Source: Pseudoalteromonas translucida KMM 520
GTDB lineage: Bacteria; Pseudomonadota; Gammaproteobacteria; Enterobacterales; Alteromonadaceae
Reading direction: 5' to 3'
NCBI RefSeq assembly: GCF_001465295.1
Contig: NZ_CP011035.1
Span: forward strand, 480,001 to 512,000
Length of the DNA: 32,000 nt
Shown here: piece by piece, positions 17,777-26,704 of the stretch
Layout of the letters: every line of letters starts with the position of its first letter
Numbering within the stretch: the first letter of the stretch is position 1
Program-made: the position numbers and the translations under genes
The notes under the pieces: model-generated
Told to the model about the DNA's origin: nothing
The model's input: the letters and a program-made list of their open reading frames with translations, nothing else
The model's database searches: none

Positions 17777-18720
17777 GTAAGCAGATACTTTCATTTATTA
17801 CGCTATTAATTTTTTTGTTACTTTGTAGCGTATTTTATTACTCAGTAAGCTATAAACAACAGCAAGTGCAAAAGCTTAATATAGCCACGATAGAAAAGCA
17901 GGTAGCGCTGGATTTACCTTTACTCGAGCTATCTAATGAACTGCTTAAGTACTCCAGTAATATAGATAATATAAATAGTTATTTAGAGCAGTTAAATTCG
18001 CAGCTAGTCGGCACTAATTTGTTATTGTTAAATATTGTCGCTGATAAAAAGCTATCAACCACATTAACCGAAGCGCAGTTTTTTACGCGTTTAACGACTA
18101 GTATTGGCCCTGTTTTTTTAGTTTTTGATATAAAACCACAGCCATGGCCGTGGCGTTATATTTATTATTATGTCGCTATTTTTATTTTAAGTGCTTTTGT
18201 GAGCTACTGGCTGAAAACAGTCATTACAATAGAGCAAAAAAGTAAGCAATTAGCTACGCTGCAGCCTGAACCTGTTGAGGAAAGTAAATCACCCGTGTTA
18301 GTTATTAATCTAAATACTAAAACGGTGTCAGTTAATATTAATCCGCAATACCAAGTATGTTTAGCAAATAAACCTCTTAGCTTTTATTTAGCGCTTATTG
18401 AATTTTGTAACAGTAATAGCGATGTTGTGCTTAGCCATAATAAAGATGTACCTGATGAGCTGATTGAATTAGCTAATAAATATTTTTATCGACTGGTGGA
18501 GCTGGGGCACACGATCCGCAAGCGCCCTAACTTTAACAATAGTCTTGAAAAAACATTGAGCGAAATACGCGCGGCGTTAGATGAAGTGTTAAGTGAATAC
18601 CCGCAACAAAAAGAAATTTTTTATCCGCCTAAGGCATTTGGAGAGGGTTCTCGTTCGCGGCTTCACAGTTACGGGTTAGTTAATATTGCTAAAGGCGATT
18701 TAGAAATAGTAGGCAAGTAA
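17773..18720 (+). CDS. Two-TM membrane protein with C-terminal OmpR/PhoB-like winged-helix region (tentative)
   Basis: Its ATG overlaps the upstream stop as ATGA. TM1 is FITLLIFLLLCSVFYY, followed by a loop of about 105 aa, then TM2 YIYYYVAIFILSAFVSYWL. The C-terminal 150 aa, VLVINLNTKTVSVNINPQYQVCLANKPLSFYLALIEFCNSNSDVVLSH...SLEKTLSEIRAALDEVL...YGL, aligns by eye to OmpR effector-domain elements. This has not been verified. Confidence 0.5.
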   Translation: MSKQILSFITLLIFLLLCSVFYYSVSYKQQQVQKLNIATIEKQVALDLPLLELSNELLKYSSNIDNINSYLEQLNSQLVGTNLLLLNIVADKKLSTTLTEAQFFTRLTTSIGPVFLVFDIKPQPWPWRYIYYYVAIFILSAFVSYWLKTVITIEQKSKQLATLQPEPVEESKSPVLVINLNTKTVSVNINPQYQVCLANKPLSFYLALIEFCNSNSDVVLSHNKDVPDELIELANKYFYRLVELGHTIRKRPNFNNSLEKTLSEIRAALDEVLSEYPQQKEIFYPPKAFGEGSRSRLHSYGLVNIAKGDLEIVGK

Positions 18721-18753
18721 TATACTCGTTCCTACTATCTCCAAAAAAATAGA

Positions 18754-20370
18754 TTATTTAGGGGCGAACTGGGCCGCATCTATCGGGCTGTGCTCTGCAA
18801 AAAAGCGCTTTAATGCGTTAGAGTCTGTTTCATCGGTGACTACGAAACCTTTTGCTGTGGTTAGTGCAGGGTAGCCATCACCACCTGAGGCGTTAAAGTT
18901 ATTAATGCTCATACGGTAAGTTTTACTTTTATCTAATGCTTGCCCATTTATTAATATCTTTACTAAGGAGTTGTTTTTATGCTCAAACGATAATTTGTGG
19001 TACTGCATGTAAGCGCCGGAATCAGGCGGAAAACGCGTTACAACTTCTAAATATTGCCATAAATCTTCTCCTGCAATATCGATATAAGCCACTCGATTTT
19101 GAAACGGTTGGGCTTTTAAAATATCTTTATAACTTACTTCGCCTGCAGCAATACTGTCGCGTACACCGCCGCCACTCATAATGCCAAAGTCAGCATCGGT
19201 ACTGTTCATTTGTGCTTGAATAATAACGCGGGCTAAATTTGTTTGTTGGTAGCGTACTTTATTACGGTCGCCTTCAAGTCTGGCATTTACATAGCCAATT
19301 TTACCTTCAATTTGTTTAGCGCCTTTTTCCTGATACTCGGCTAAAAATGCGTTTAACTGTGGATTCGGCTCAATGTACTCGTTAGCTAATAGACTCGATG
19401 TTGTGCCATCCGCGTTTTGTTTATCAACATATAAATTAACGGGTAGCAGTTTATAACTTAAGAGAGTTAGCTGGCCATTTTCAAGTTTAAATTCGGCTTT
19501 ACCAACATATTTACCCCATTCGTGGGCTTGCATTATCCAAGTGCCATTTTGTTGATCGGGCGTGCAGGCTAGACCAGGTTTAAAGTTATCGTCATTTACG
19601 TTTTTAGCCGCCATACATACAGGCTCTTGAGAGTGACCACCGATGATCATATCTAAGGTATTAGTTGGCAGTGAACGCGCAAGTGTTACATCCCCAGGCG
19701 CATTAATTGCGTGGCTAGCATCCACATAATGCCCCATATGAGTGAGCGCAATGGTAATGTCGGGATTATATTGTGCTTTAATTTTTTGTGCTAATTGCGC
19801 CGTGATCTCAATCGGATCTTTAAACTCTAATTGGCGAATATATTCGGGATTACCTATTTTGGCTGTATCAGTGGTGGTTAAACCTATAACAGCAATACTC
19901 AGCCCATTTTTGTTAAATACTTTATAGCTATCAAATACATTTTCACCGGTCGATTTTTCAAATATATTTGCCGACAAAAAAGGAAAGTTAGCCCATTGCT
20001 GTTGCTTTTTAAGTACGCTCATCGGGTTATCAAATTCATGATTTCCAAGGGCCATCGCATCATAGCCAATTAACGACATGCCTTTGAAGTCGGGTTCAGC
20101 GAATTGTAAATCTGACTCTGGAATACCGGTATTTATATCGCCACCAGACAGCAGCAGTACTGCGTGTCCCTGCGCGATTGCTTTGTTGCGTAGCGAGTCA
20201 ATCAGGGTTTTACGGGCAGCCATGCCGTATTCACCTTTTTCATTGTGCCAAAAGCGGCCATGATTATCGTTAGTATGCAGTACGGTTAAATATTGTGGGG
20301 CGGGGCTGGTGAGTGTAGTACTACACCCAAGTACACTAAAAGCAATGACAAACAAAAAAATTATGCGCAT
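18754..20370 (-). CDS. ushA: 5'-nucleotidase / UDP-sugar hydrolase, lipoprotein form (UshA/NutA-like)
   Basis: LTVLHTNDNHGRFW, LLSGGDINTG and GNHEFD are metallophosphoesterase motifs, and the C-terminal 5'-nucleotidase domain is present. The lipobox is SVLGCS. I prefer ATG 20370 (MRIIFLFV) because AGGTG lies 4 nt upstream. The track start at 20394 is a GTG. Confidence 0.9.
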   Translation of the reverse strand: MRIIFLFVIAFSVLGCSTTLTSPAPQYLTVLHTNDNHGRFWHNEKGEYGMAARKTLIDSLRNKAIAQGHAVLLLSGGDINTGIPESDLQFAEPDFKGMSLIGYDAMALGNHEFDNPMSVLKKQQQWANFPFLSANIFEKSTGENVFDSYKVFNKNGLSIAVIGLTTTDTAKIGNPEYIRQLEFKDPIEITAQLAQKIKAQYNPDITIALTHMGHYVDASHAINAPGDVTLARSLPTNTLDMIIGGHSQEPVCMAAKNVNDDNFKPGLACTPDQQNGTWIMQAHEWGKYVGKAEFKLENGQLTLLSYKLLPVNLYVDKQNADGTTSSLLANEYIEPNPQLNAFLAEYQEKGAKQIEGKIGYVNARLEGDRNKVRYQQTNLARVIIQAQMNSTDADFGIMSGGGVRDSIAAGEVSYKDILKAQPFQNRVAYIDIAGEDLWQYLEVVTRFPPDSGAYMQYHKLSFEHKNNSLVKILINGQALDKSKTYRMSINNFNASGGDGYPALTTAKGFVVTDETDSNALKRFFAEHSPIDAAQFAPK

Positions 20371-20456
20371 AAAACACCTATTGATTAAAAGCACTTACGT
20401 TTATTGGCGCATAGTTTAACTAGTTTGCTACAAAAACACACTTTTACATTCTTTAA

Positions 20457-20633
20457 TCACACTTTAATTTTTTTAGTAGCAGCTAACTCTCTGCGTTTTA
20501 GCTCTTCGCTGGCATATTTGGCTTTTTGATGATTAATACCTACCATCCAGATTAAAAAACTAGCAGGTAAGCGTGTGTAGGGCTCTCCCTTATGCAAACC
20601 AAAATCACAAATTTGGTTGTTTTTTTCTGACAT
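20457..20633 (-). CDS. DUF3820 family small protein
   Basis: MSEKNNQICDFGLHKGEPYTRLPASFLIWMVG fits the F-G-K-x-K-G...LP..YL.W pattern of DUF3820. GGAG lies 8 nt upstream of ATG 20633. The track N-terminal extension back to 20762 is hydrophobic and low-complexity, and I reject it. Confidence 0.65.
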   Translation of the reverse strand: MSEKNNQICDFGLHKGEPYTRLPASFLIWMVGINHQKAKYASEELKRRELAATKKIKV

Positions 20634-20945
20634 TACAATTCTCCATTTACGAATTTGCAGAGGAATCATAACAAAAATAAAACAATTTATAAGTGTATTC
20701 TCATTAAACGACAACTTTATGTGTATTGATATAGCTATTATTTGCTGCTTTTTTAAAGACATTAAATTAATCAGCGTTTTTACAGGGATAAGTTCAGCAG
20801 GAAGGCGATAAAATGTAATTAAGTTGTAACTGACTTGGTTTGAATTGTATCGGAAACTATTTTTCAGTCGATTTTTAGTCTTACTCGCATTACTCTAAGT
20901 ATCACTAAATTTTACACTTAAATAAAATAATAATAGGGAAAAACG

Positions 20946-21686
20946 ATGAAAAAGCTTTTATTAGCCTCGTTACTTAGCGCAGTAAGCTTTGCCAGTTCAG
21001 CAACCATTGTTGAAGTAAGTACCAGCCAAGGTGTTATTAAAATTAATTTATTTGATCAAAAAACACCAAAAACAGTAGAAAACTTTATTAGTTATTTAGA
21101 TGATGCTGCGTATAACCAAACAGTGATCCATCGCTCAGTAAAAGATTTTATTATTCAAGGTGGCGGTTTTACCTATTCAGATGATTTTGATCGAATTACA
21201 ACTAAGCCAGCAGTCATTAACGAACCTATTTACTCTAATGTTAAAGGCACGATTGCCATGGCTAAACTAGGTGGAAAACCAAACAGTGCAACTAGCCAGT
21301 GGTTTTTTAACTTAAAAGATAATAGTGCCAACTTGGATGTGCAAAACAGTGGTTTTACTGTGTTTGGACAGATTACGGATGATAGTCAAGCGACGTTAGA
21401 TAAAATAGCTGCTTTAGTACATTGTGGTGAAATACCGGTAGTTGGTCTTACGAAAGAGCAGTGCTCAAAAAGTGATGTAACGATTAGTAATGCTAACTTG
21501 GTGACCATTCAAAGTGTATTAGTTTTAGATGACGATCCTAATTCAGCGCAGAACCTTACACCGGCTAAAAACACATTAATAAATCAAGTAGTGCCACCTT
21601 CGCAAAAAGATGATTCAAGCGGTAGTATGGCTTGGTTACTAGGTGCTTTATTATTAGTATTACCACGTTTAAAACGCGCTAAATAA
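20946..21686 (+). CDS. Cyclophilin-type peptidyl-prolyl isomerase with signal peptide and GlyGly-CTERM-like tail
   Basis: KTPKTVENFISY...HRSVKDFIIQGGGF...GTIAMAK...SATSQWFFNL...FTVFGQI is the cyclophilin core. The C-terminus is SSGSMAWLLGALLLVLPRLKRAK. Confidence 0.9.
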   Translation: MKKLLLASLLSAVSFASSATIVEVSTSQGVIKINLFDQKTPKTVENFISYLDDAAYNQTVIHRSVKDFIIQGGGFTYSDDFDRITTKPAVINEPIYSNVKGTIAMAKLGGKPNSATSQWFFNLKDNSANLDVQNSGFTVFGQITDDSQATLDKIAALVHCGEIPVVGLTKEQCSKSDVTISNANLVTIQSVLVLDDDPNSAQNLTPAKNTLINQVVPPSQKDDSSGSMAWLLGALLLVLPRLKRAK

Positions 21687-21704
21687 CAAATATTTTAAAT
21701 AAAG

Positions 21705-21739
21705 AAACCCCGCTATGGGTGCTAAATAGCGGGGTTTTT
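21705..21739. terminator. Bidirectional intrinsic terminator
   Basis: AAACCCCGCTAT (21705-21716), a 9-nt loop, ATAGCGGGGTTT (21726-21737), then TT. It lies between the convergent PPIase and MAPEG genes. Confidence 0.7.
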
Positions 21740-21757
21740 AGTTGTTTAATGTAAGTT

Positions 21758-22177
21758 TTAAAACAATAATACCCGCCAAATTATTACCAGCCATAATGCA
21801 AATACACTGCCACAGCCTATTAAAAACAGATTAAAGCGTATTCTTATTTTATTACTGCCCAAGTGAACAACGCTATGTAAAATACGCGAAATCACAAACA
21901 GCCAAGCTAAAACAGCCACCAGAATGCTTGCACTATTGAATTGCATTGCCAGTAAGCACCCAGCATAAAACAACACGGGTATTTCAAATTGATTGGTAAA
22001 GTTTCTATCAGCAACACGCACATTGTCACCTGCATTATCTAAACGCATAGTGGCAAAGTCGGTTAAATTGATGTGTTTGTTTTTAGCTGCGGCAAAACGT
22101 CTTTTACCCATAATAATCATTACAATGAGTGAGAGTAAAACTTGGGCGAACATAGCTAAAATGATCAACTTTTCCAT
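21758..22177 (-). CDS. MAPEG-family membrane protein
   Basis: 139 aa with 3-4 TM segments. RVADRNFTNQFEIPVLFY...SRILHSVVHL resembles MAPEG / glutathione-transferase-like membrane proteins. Confidence 0.7.
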   Translation of the reverse strand: MEKLIILAMFAQVLLSLIVMIIMGKRRFAAAKNKHINLTDFATMRLDNAGDNVRVADRNFTNQFEIPVLFYAGCLLAMQFNSASILVAVLAWLFVISRILHSVVHLGSNKIRIRFNLFLIGCGSVFALWLVIIWRVLLF

Positions 22178-22353
22178 GGTTTTTCCTTATTATTATTTAA
22201 ATTAATTGCAGTATGCAGGTGTTTTTCACAATGTGTTACACAATTAACGGATAAATTGTGGCAAAACATTAATCTAAAATGTTAATTTAGGCTGTAAATA
22301 GCTTTTTAAATAAGCGCAGATCGCAGTTGCGACATACTTTTAATGGAAATAAA

Positions 22354-25236
22354 ATGAAAAAAATTATTGGCTTTAGTGCCATTGCACTTGCTGTACTAAG
22401 CGGTTGTACAAATACATCATCTGTATCTCAGGCACCTCAAACTGTTTTATTATCAGACTCGCTGGTTGTAAGCCCTAACGATAATCGCGAATATAAAACG
22501 CTTAAATTAGCTAACGACATTGAAGTTATTTTAGTATCAGACCCCAGTGCTGAAAAATCAGCCGCGGCATTAAGTGTTGGAGTGGGTTTACTACACGACC
22601 CAATGAGCCAACAAGGCATGGCCCATTATTTAGAGCATATGCTGTTTTTAGGCACAGAGCGTTACCCAGATACTAAAGGGTACTCTGATTTTATGACCAA
22701 AAATGGTGGCGCGCACAACGCCTATACTTGGCTCGATATTACTAATTACATGTTTAAAATTAATAACGATGCCTTTGATGAAGGGCTAGACCGTTTTGCT
22801 GACTTTTTTAAAGCCCCTAAGTTATACCCAGAATACACAGACAAAGAAAAAAATGCAGTAAATGCAGAGTGGTCAATGCGCCGCGAAATGGACTTTTTTG
22901 GGCAGTTTAAACTAGCGCGTAAAATGATGGGTGAACACCCAGCCAACCGTTTTTTAATTGGCAACCTAGAAACCTTAGGTGACAAAGAAGGCAGTTCATT
23001 ACACAAAGAAACAGTTGATTTTTATAATAAATACTACTCTTCAAATATTATGAAAGTAGCACTTATCTCTAACTTGCCAATTGCGGCAATGGAGCAAAAA
23101 GCGCAAAAATATTTTGCAGATATTAAAAATAAAAATATCGAAAAACCTACAGTAACCGCCAAGCTTAACTTTGATAACGCCGGTGGTAAGCGCGTGTTTT
23201 ATGCCCCTAATGAAGATGTAAAACAGTTACAACTTGATTTTACCATTAGCAATAACAATAACGAGTTTGCACTTAAACCTAATCGCTTTGTGGCCTACTT
23301 ATTAAGTAATGAAATGCCAGGTAGTCCAGCGCAAATATTACGTGATAAAGGGTGGGTATCGCAATTGTCAGCATCGGCAGTGCCAACCCACTATGGCAAC
23401 TACGGGTCGTTAAACGTTAACGTAGAGCTTACCGATACAGGTATGCAAAATCGTGAAACGATAGTCGCGACTATAATGCAGTACATCGAATTGATTAAAA
23501 AAGAGGGCGTTGATAGTAAATACTTTAACGAAATTCGTACTTCGTTAAATAATCAATTTAAGTTTTTAGAAAAAGGCGATGAGTTTAACTACGTAAGTAC
23601 ATTGACTCAAAGTATGCAAGATTACCCGTTAAATCATGCCATTAATGCGCCTTATTATTACGCTAAGTTTGATGCAGACTCAGTAAATAAAGTGCTTAAA
23701 CAGTTAAATGCCGACACTTTACGCATTTGGTATGTATCGCAACAAGAAGAAACCGACTCACAGCTACACTTTTACGACGGTAAATACCGCATTAGTGACA
23801 TAAGCGCGCAGGAAATTGCAAGCTGGAACAAAAAAAGCCAGTTTAATTTAGCACTCCCTAGCGTAAATAACTTACTGCCAGAAAATTTTGCTATTAAAAC
23901 CCAAGCATTTAAACAGCAAAAATTCCCAGAGCTTGCTTATGATAAAAATGGCGTGAAAATATGGCGTCAGGCAAGTCAAAAATTTGCCGAGCAACCAAAG
24001 GGACTTGTTGAAGTTTATATTAATACCCAGCCGGGGCTAAACGATGTAAAAGCGGAGGTTTTATACTCTGTTTGGGCCGATCTGTACAACATACAGCAAA
24101 GCCAACTGAGCACAGAGGCTGCTATAGCAGGTATGAGCGTAAACCTTGCACCAAGTAATGGTTTAGTTTTGTCTATGAGTGGCTTTACAGATAAGCAAAA
24201 TGTACTGCTTAAACAAGCATTAAGTGGGCTAAACAGTGATATTAGTGTGCAAGCATTTAACCAAGCTATAGATCGTTTTAAACGTAATTTACTTAACCAG
24301 CAAAAACAATTTCCTTACGCGCAAGCATTTGCTGAATATACAAAATTAAGCCGTACCGGTAGCTTTGATACAGATACTTTAATTAGCACAGCCGACACGT
24401 TAACCTTAGCTGATTTTAATGCTTTAAAACAAAACACCTTTGCTAATAACGATTTACGCGTATTTAGTTATGGTAACTATAATCAGCAAGACATAGCAGC
24501 AATAGCATCCGAGCTGAGTACTATTTTGCCAAGTAACTATAAACACTCTGAATTTGCGCGCAGTAAAGCATGGTTACCGCAACCGGGTGAAACCATAGTG
24601 CTACAAAAAGATATAGATGTAGCCGATGTAGCCGTGGTTGATATGACGGTTCATCCAACACCGGGTTACAAACAAAAAGCACAAGCGGCCGTGCTACAAG
24701 GGCATTTTAGAACCATTGCATTTGATAAGATGCGTACTGAGGAGCAACTTGCTTATGCTGTTGGTGCGTTAGCTCGCCCCATCGAGGATTACTCAGCGAT
24801 TGGTTTGTTTATTCAAACACCAGTAAAAGGGCCAAAAGAAATACAAGCGCGTTTTGATCTGTTTAAGAAAGAGTATGCAGTTGAGCTCGACAACATGAAC
24901 GAGGAGACGTTTGCGCAGCTTAAAAATGCCACGTTAGTGTCGCTTAAAGAGCAACCTAAAAACTTAAGTGACGAAATGAGCCCACTATTAAATGATTGGT
25001 ATCGTGAGAACTTTAATTTTGATTCAAAGCAACAGCTAATAAATGAAGTTGAAAAAGTAACGCTTAGCGATATTAAAGACTATTACCAACAAACAATGCT
25101 TAACCCTAATGCGGCACGTTTAAATGTGCAATTACGCGGGACTAAGTTTATCCAGAGCGAGTTTGCCGATTTACCAAAGCAAACTAAAATCACAACGCTT
25201 GATGCCTATTACAATGGTATTAAACTACAAAAATAA
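22354..25236 (+). CDS. ptrA: M16 insulinase-family zinc peptidase (pitrilysin / protease III-like), lipoprotein signal
   Basis: It has the HxxEH motif GMAHYLEHMLFLGTERYPD and is about 960 aa. MKKIIGFSAIALAVLSGC is a lipobox. I prefer ATG 22354 over the track TTG at 22327. Confidence 0.88.
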   Translation: MKKIIGFSAIALAVLSGCTNTSSVSQAPQTVLLSDSLVVSPNDNREYKTLKLANDIEVILVSDPSAEKSAAALSVGVGLLHDPMSQQGMAHYLEHMLFLGTERYPDTKGYSDFMTKNGGAHNAYTWLDITNYMFKINNDAFDEGLDRFADFFKAPKLYPEYTDKEKNAVNAEWSMRREMDFFGQFKLARKMMGEHPANRFLIGNLETLGDKEGSSLHKETVDFYNKYYSSNIMKVALISNLPIAAMEQKAQKYFADIKNKNIEKPTVTAKLNFDNAGGKRVFYAPNEDVKQLQLDFTISNNNNEFALKPNRFVAYLLSNEMPGSPAQILRDKGWVSQLSASAVPTHYGNYGSLNVNVELTDTGMQNRETIVATIMQYIELIKKEGVDSKYFNEIRTSLNNQFKFLEKGDEFNYVSTLTQSMQDYPLNHAINAPYYYAKFDADSVNKVLKQLNADTLRIWYVSQQEETDSQLHFYDGKYRISDISAQEIASWNKKSQFNLALPSVNNLLPENFAIKTQAFKQQKFPELAYDKNGVKIWRQASQKFAEQPKGLVEVYINTQPGLNDVKAEVLYSVWADLYNIQQSQLSTEAAIAGMSVNLAPSNGLVLSMSGFTDKQNVLLKQALSGLNSDISVQAFNQAIDRFKRNLLNQQKQFPYAQAFAEYTKLSRTGSFDTDTLISTADTLTLADFNALKQNTFANNDLRVFSYGNYNQQDIAAIASELSTILPSNYKHSEFARSKAWLPQPGETIVLQKDIDVADVAVVDMTVHPTPGYKQKAQAAVLQGHFRTIAFDKMRTEEQLAYAVGALARPIEDYSAIGLFIQTPVKGPKEIQARFDLFKKEYAVELDNMNEETFAQLKNATLVSLKEQPKNLSDEMSPLLNDWYRENFNFDSKQQLINEVEKVTLSDIKDYYQQTMLNPNAARLNVQLRGTKFIQSEFADLPKQTKITTLDAYYNGIKLQK

Positions 25237-25259
25237 GCTTTATTTATACAGCTAAAAAT

Positions 25260-25291
25260 AAACCCCAATGTATTGCTACATTGGGGTTTTT
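25260..25291. terminator. Bidirectional intrinsic terminator
   Basis: AAACCCCAATGTA (25260-25272), loop TTGC, TACATTGGGGTTT (25277-25289), then TT, giving a run of five T on the plus strand. It lies between convergent ptrA and the NhaC-family gene. Confidence 0.75.
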
Positions 25292-25321
25292 ATTTAAGTT
25301 AATTTAAGCCATCACTAAAGC

Positions 25322-26704
25322 TTAAGCCATTAATAAAAAGCCTATCACTGCAAGTGCTGCAGCAATCAGCGTATAAGGCAATTGTGTAACCGCGTGGCTC
25401 ATTAAGTTACAGCCAGCACCTTGTGCTGCTAATACCGTTGAGTCTGAATAAAAACATGCTTGGCTGCCAAACGATGATGCCGATAATAACGCGCCAATGA
25501 CTAATGGAATATTAGCATCTACCGCCGTTGCCAGTGGCATAACAATAGGAATAGACACAGCAAATATTCCCCAGCTTGAGCCCGTTGCAAATGCTAAAAT
25601 AGACATTGCAATAAATACCACTGCAGGCAAGTAACCCGCGGTCATGTATGGGCTTAAGCTATTAATAACATATTGCGGCAAGCCAATTAAATCACACACA
25701 TCTTTAAATATAAACGCGGCTATAACCGTGCCTATAGCCGGTATCATGCTTTTAAATCCATCGAGCATACGTTCAATCATTTCACTAAACGACATTAATT
25801 TTTGTAGTGCATAAAAGGGCAAAATTATAGCCATAGTGGCTAATAAACCTTTATAAACGTCTATTTCAAAGTAAACGGTAAAACCGACTAATAAAATAAT
25901 AGGCAATAAAAAGTTATGTAATTTACCTTTAGGATCGGCATCTTCAAAGTTTTCTTCTACTGCTTTTACCGCGTACTCGTCTGCTGTTTGTACTTCACTG
26001 TATTGCGCCGGATCGACTTGTGCTTGCTCAATTTGTGCCATTTGTTCTGCTTTTTTCATTGGGCCAAAAGCAGGGATCACACCAAGTACCACTAATAGCA
26101 CAACGAGTACCGCAAACCATGCGTAAAACATGTACGGAATAGCCTGAATATAAACAGCAATGCCTTTGCCTTCTTCAGCAATACCGTTATCTACGAGTAA
26201 ACCACCAAAAAATACCGCCCACGTAGATAGAGGCACAAGCACGCAAATTGGTGCCGCAGTTGAGTCGACAACGTAGGCTAGCATTTCGCGGCTTACTTTA
26301 AATTTATCGGTAATGCGTTTCATGGTTTCACCCACAGTAAGCGCATTTAAATAGTCATCAATAAAAATAACTAATCCAAGGCAAAAGGTCATAAATAATG
26401 AAGAGCGTTTGCCCTTAGTGTATTTAAGTGCCAACTTACCAAATGCAGAGGCGCCACCGGTACGGACTAATAAGGCGATTAATGCACCAAAGCCACCACA
26501 CACCAATATTAGCCAACCAATGGTTTCGTCACTCATTACTTTAAGTGAGGTGCTGGCAAAATTAGCCAATACCTGCGAAGGATCAGCCATTATGAGCCCA
26601 ACAAGGGCACCAATTAATAAAGATAAAATAGGGCGGCGTAGTACTACAGCCAAAATAACTACCACTAAAGGCGGCAGTAAGCTTAACGCAGAAGGTTCAA
26701 GCAT
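25322..26704 (-). CDS. NhaC-family Na+/H+ antiporter-type transporter
   Basis: 460 aa and polytopic. Its overall pattern, starting LLPPLVVVILAVVLRRPILSLLIG, is typical of NhaC-superfamily carriers. The substrate cannot be inferred. Confidence 0.8.
   Translation of the reverse strand: MLEPSALSLLPPLVVVILAVVLRRPILSLLIGALVGLIMADPSQVLANFASTSLKVMSDETIGWLILVCGGFGALIALLVRTGGASAFGKLALKYTKGKRSSLFMTFCLGLVIFIDDYLNALTVGETMKRITDKFKVSREMLAYVVDSTAAPICVLVPLSTWAVFFGGLLVDNGIAEEGKGIAVYIQAIPYMFYAWFAVLVVLLVVLGVIPAFGPMKKAEQMAQIEQAQVDPAQYSEVQTADEYAVKAVEENFEDADPKGKLHNFLLPIILLVGFTVYFEIDVYKGLLATMAIILPFYALQKLMSFSEMIERMLDGFKSMIPAIGTVIAAFIFKDVCDLIGLPQYVINSLSPYMTAGYLPAVVFIAMSILAFATGSSWGIFAVSIPIVMPLATAVDANIPLVIGALLSASSFGSQACFYSDSTVLAAQGAGCNLMSHAVTQLPYTLIAAALAVIGFLLMA

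Noticed and set aside
18706-18738. Hairpin ATAGTAGG...CCTACTAT between the convergent wHTH-like gene and ushA as a terminator
   Set aside because: It has an 8-bp stem with a 17-nt loop and no T-run after it on either strand. It is too weak to call.
20634-20762. N-terminal extension of the DUF3820 ORF to 101 aa
   Set aside because: The extension is hydrophobic, low-complexity sequence in an AT-rich intergenic region. GGAG is correctly spaced before the internal ATG at 20633.
22230-22262. CACAAT / AATTGTG repeats and TGTGT-T-ACACA between the MAPEG and M16 peptidase genes
   Set aside because: The arms are short (5-7 bp) and do not fit the CRP spacing TGTGA-N6-TCACA. They could be a regulator site but cannot be told apart from chance here.
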